Assembly: GCA_038087875.1 (NCBI GenBank)
Contig: CM075990.1
Coordinates: 3,846,001 to 3,910,000, forward strand
From: Malacoraja senta
Lineage: Eukaryota
Direction: 5' to 3'
DNA: 64,000 nucleotides
Positions 63,419 to 64,000 of the stretch are shown piece after piece; within the stretch, counting starts at the first letter, position 1, and each line of letters begins with the position of its first letter. The notes under the pieces were generated by a model. The model had not been told where the DNA came from. It was given only the letters and a program-made list of their open reading frames with translations, and ran no database searches. The translations under genes were made by a program, and so were the position numbers.

Positions 63419-64000
63419 GGTACCATAACAGCATTTAAAAGATATTTGGACAGATGCGTGGATAGCACCGGTTTTATTGGGATATGGGCCAAACGCATGC
63501 AGGTGGGACTAGTGTAGATGGGCATCTTGGTCGGCATGTGCAATTTGGGCCAAAGGGCCTGTTTCTGTGCTGTGTAACTCTATGATAAGCTTGTCAAGCT
63601 GTAGGGGTGTGGGCAGTAGAGTATGTCTCAGAGCAAAACAAGGATGTCTGGTCAATGAGAGCAGATAGTGAGTGAGAATGTAGACGTTGCAAAATGCAGA
63701 GCAGAAAGACATACATGGCAGGTCACACTAAGCATGTCCTTAACTTCAGAGAGGGGTGAACAAATGAGCTGAACCAGCTTTTAAGATAACCACTAATACA
63801 GACAGAGATCAAATTACCTGAAGTTGTAGAATTCAATTTTAATTCAATTTTCAATTCTGTAACTTCAGTTAACTTAATATCTGTCTGTATCAGTGACTGT
63901 ATGAGAGACAAAGAGTGGAAGACAATCGTAAGCTCCTTGAGTCAAGACATGGGGACTTTGGCAGTATACCTACGACAGTGGCGTCTAAAGCTGAGCGAAG

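Overview
Repeat-dense vertebrate genomic DNA, most likely from a cartilaginous fish (skate/ray-like; inferred from abundant HE1/V-SINE-type SINEs and CR1/HER1-type LINE tails). The only clearly supported host gene is the 5' part of GHITM on the + strand: a CpG-rich promoter near 47.6-47.8 kb, a non-coding exon 1 and five coding exons (49110-61757); the gene continues beyond the window. The rest is nested mobile DNA: a structurally complete but decayed DIRS1-type tyrosine-recombinase retrotransposon (2075-6885) inserted into a CR1 LINE, other CR1, RTE-X, Rex1, Vingi-like, L1 and Penelope-like pieces, a solo LTR and many MITEs. Most interesting observations: (1) candidate self-cleaving ribozymes in three retroelement families, namely minimal hammerhead motifs in Penelope-like fold-back repeats, an HDV-like fold heading a ~140-bp mini-retroelement (two copies) and an HDV-like fold at the 5' end of a non-autonomous RTE element; (2) a hAT-type non-autonomous transposon that appears to have captured TDP2 exon 1 with its splice donor; (3) an unassigned TATA/Inr promoter-like island bracketed by opposed purine and pyrimidine tracts. 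All family names come from motif recognition by eye, not from database searches.
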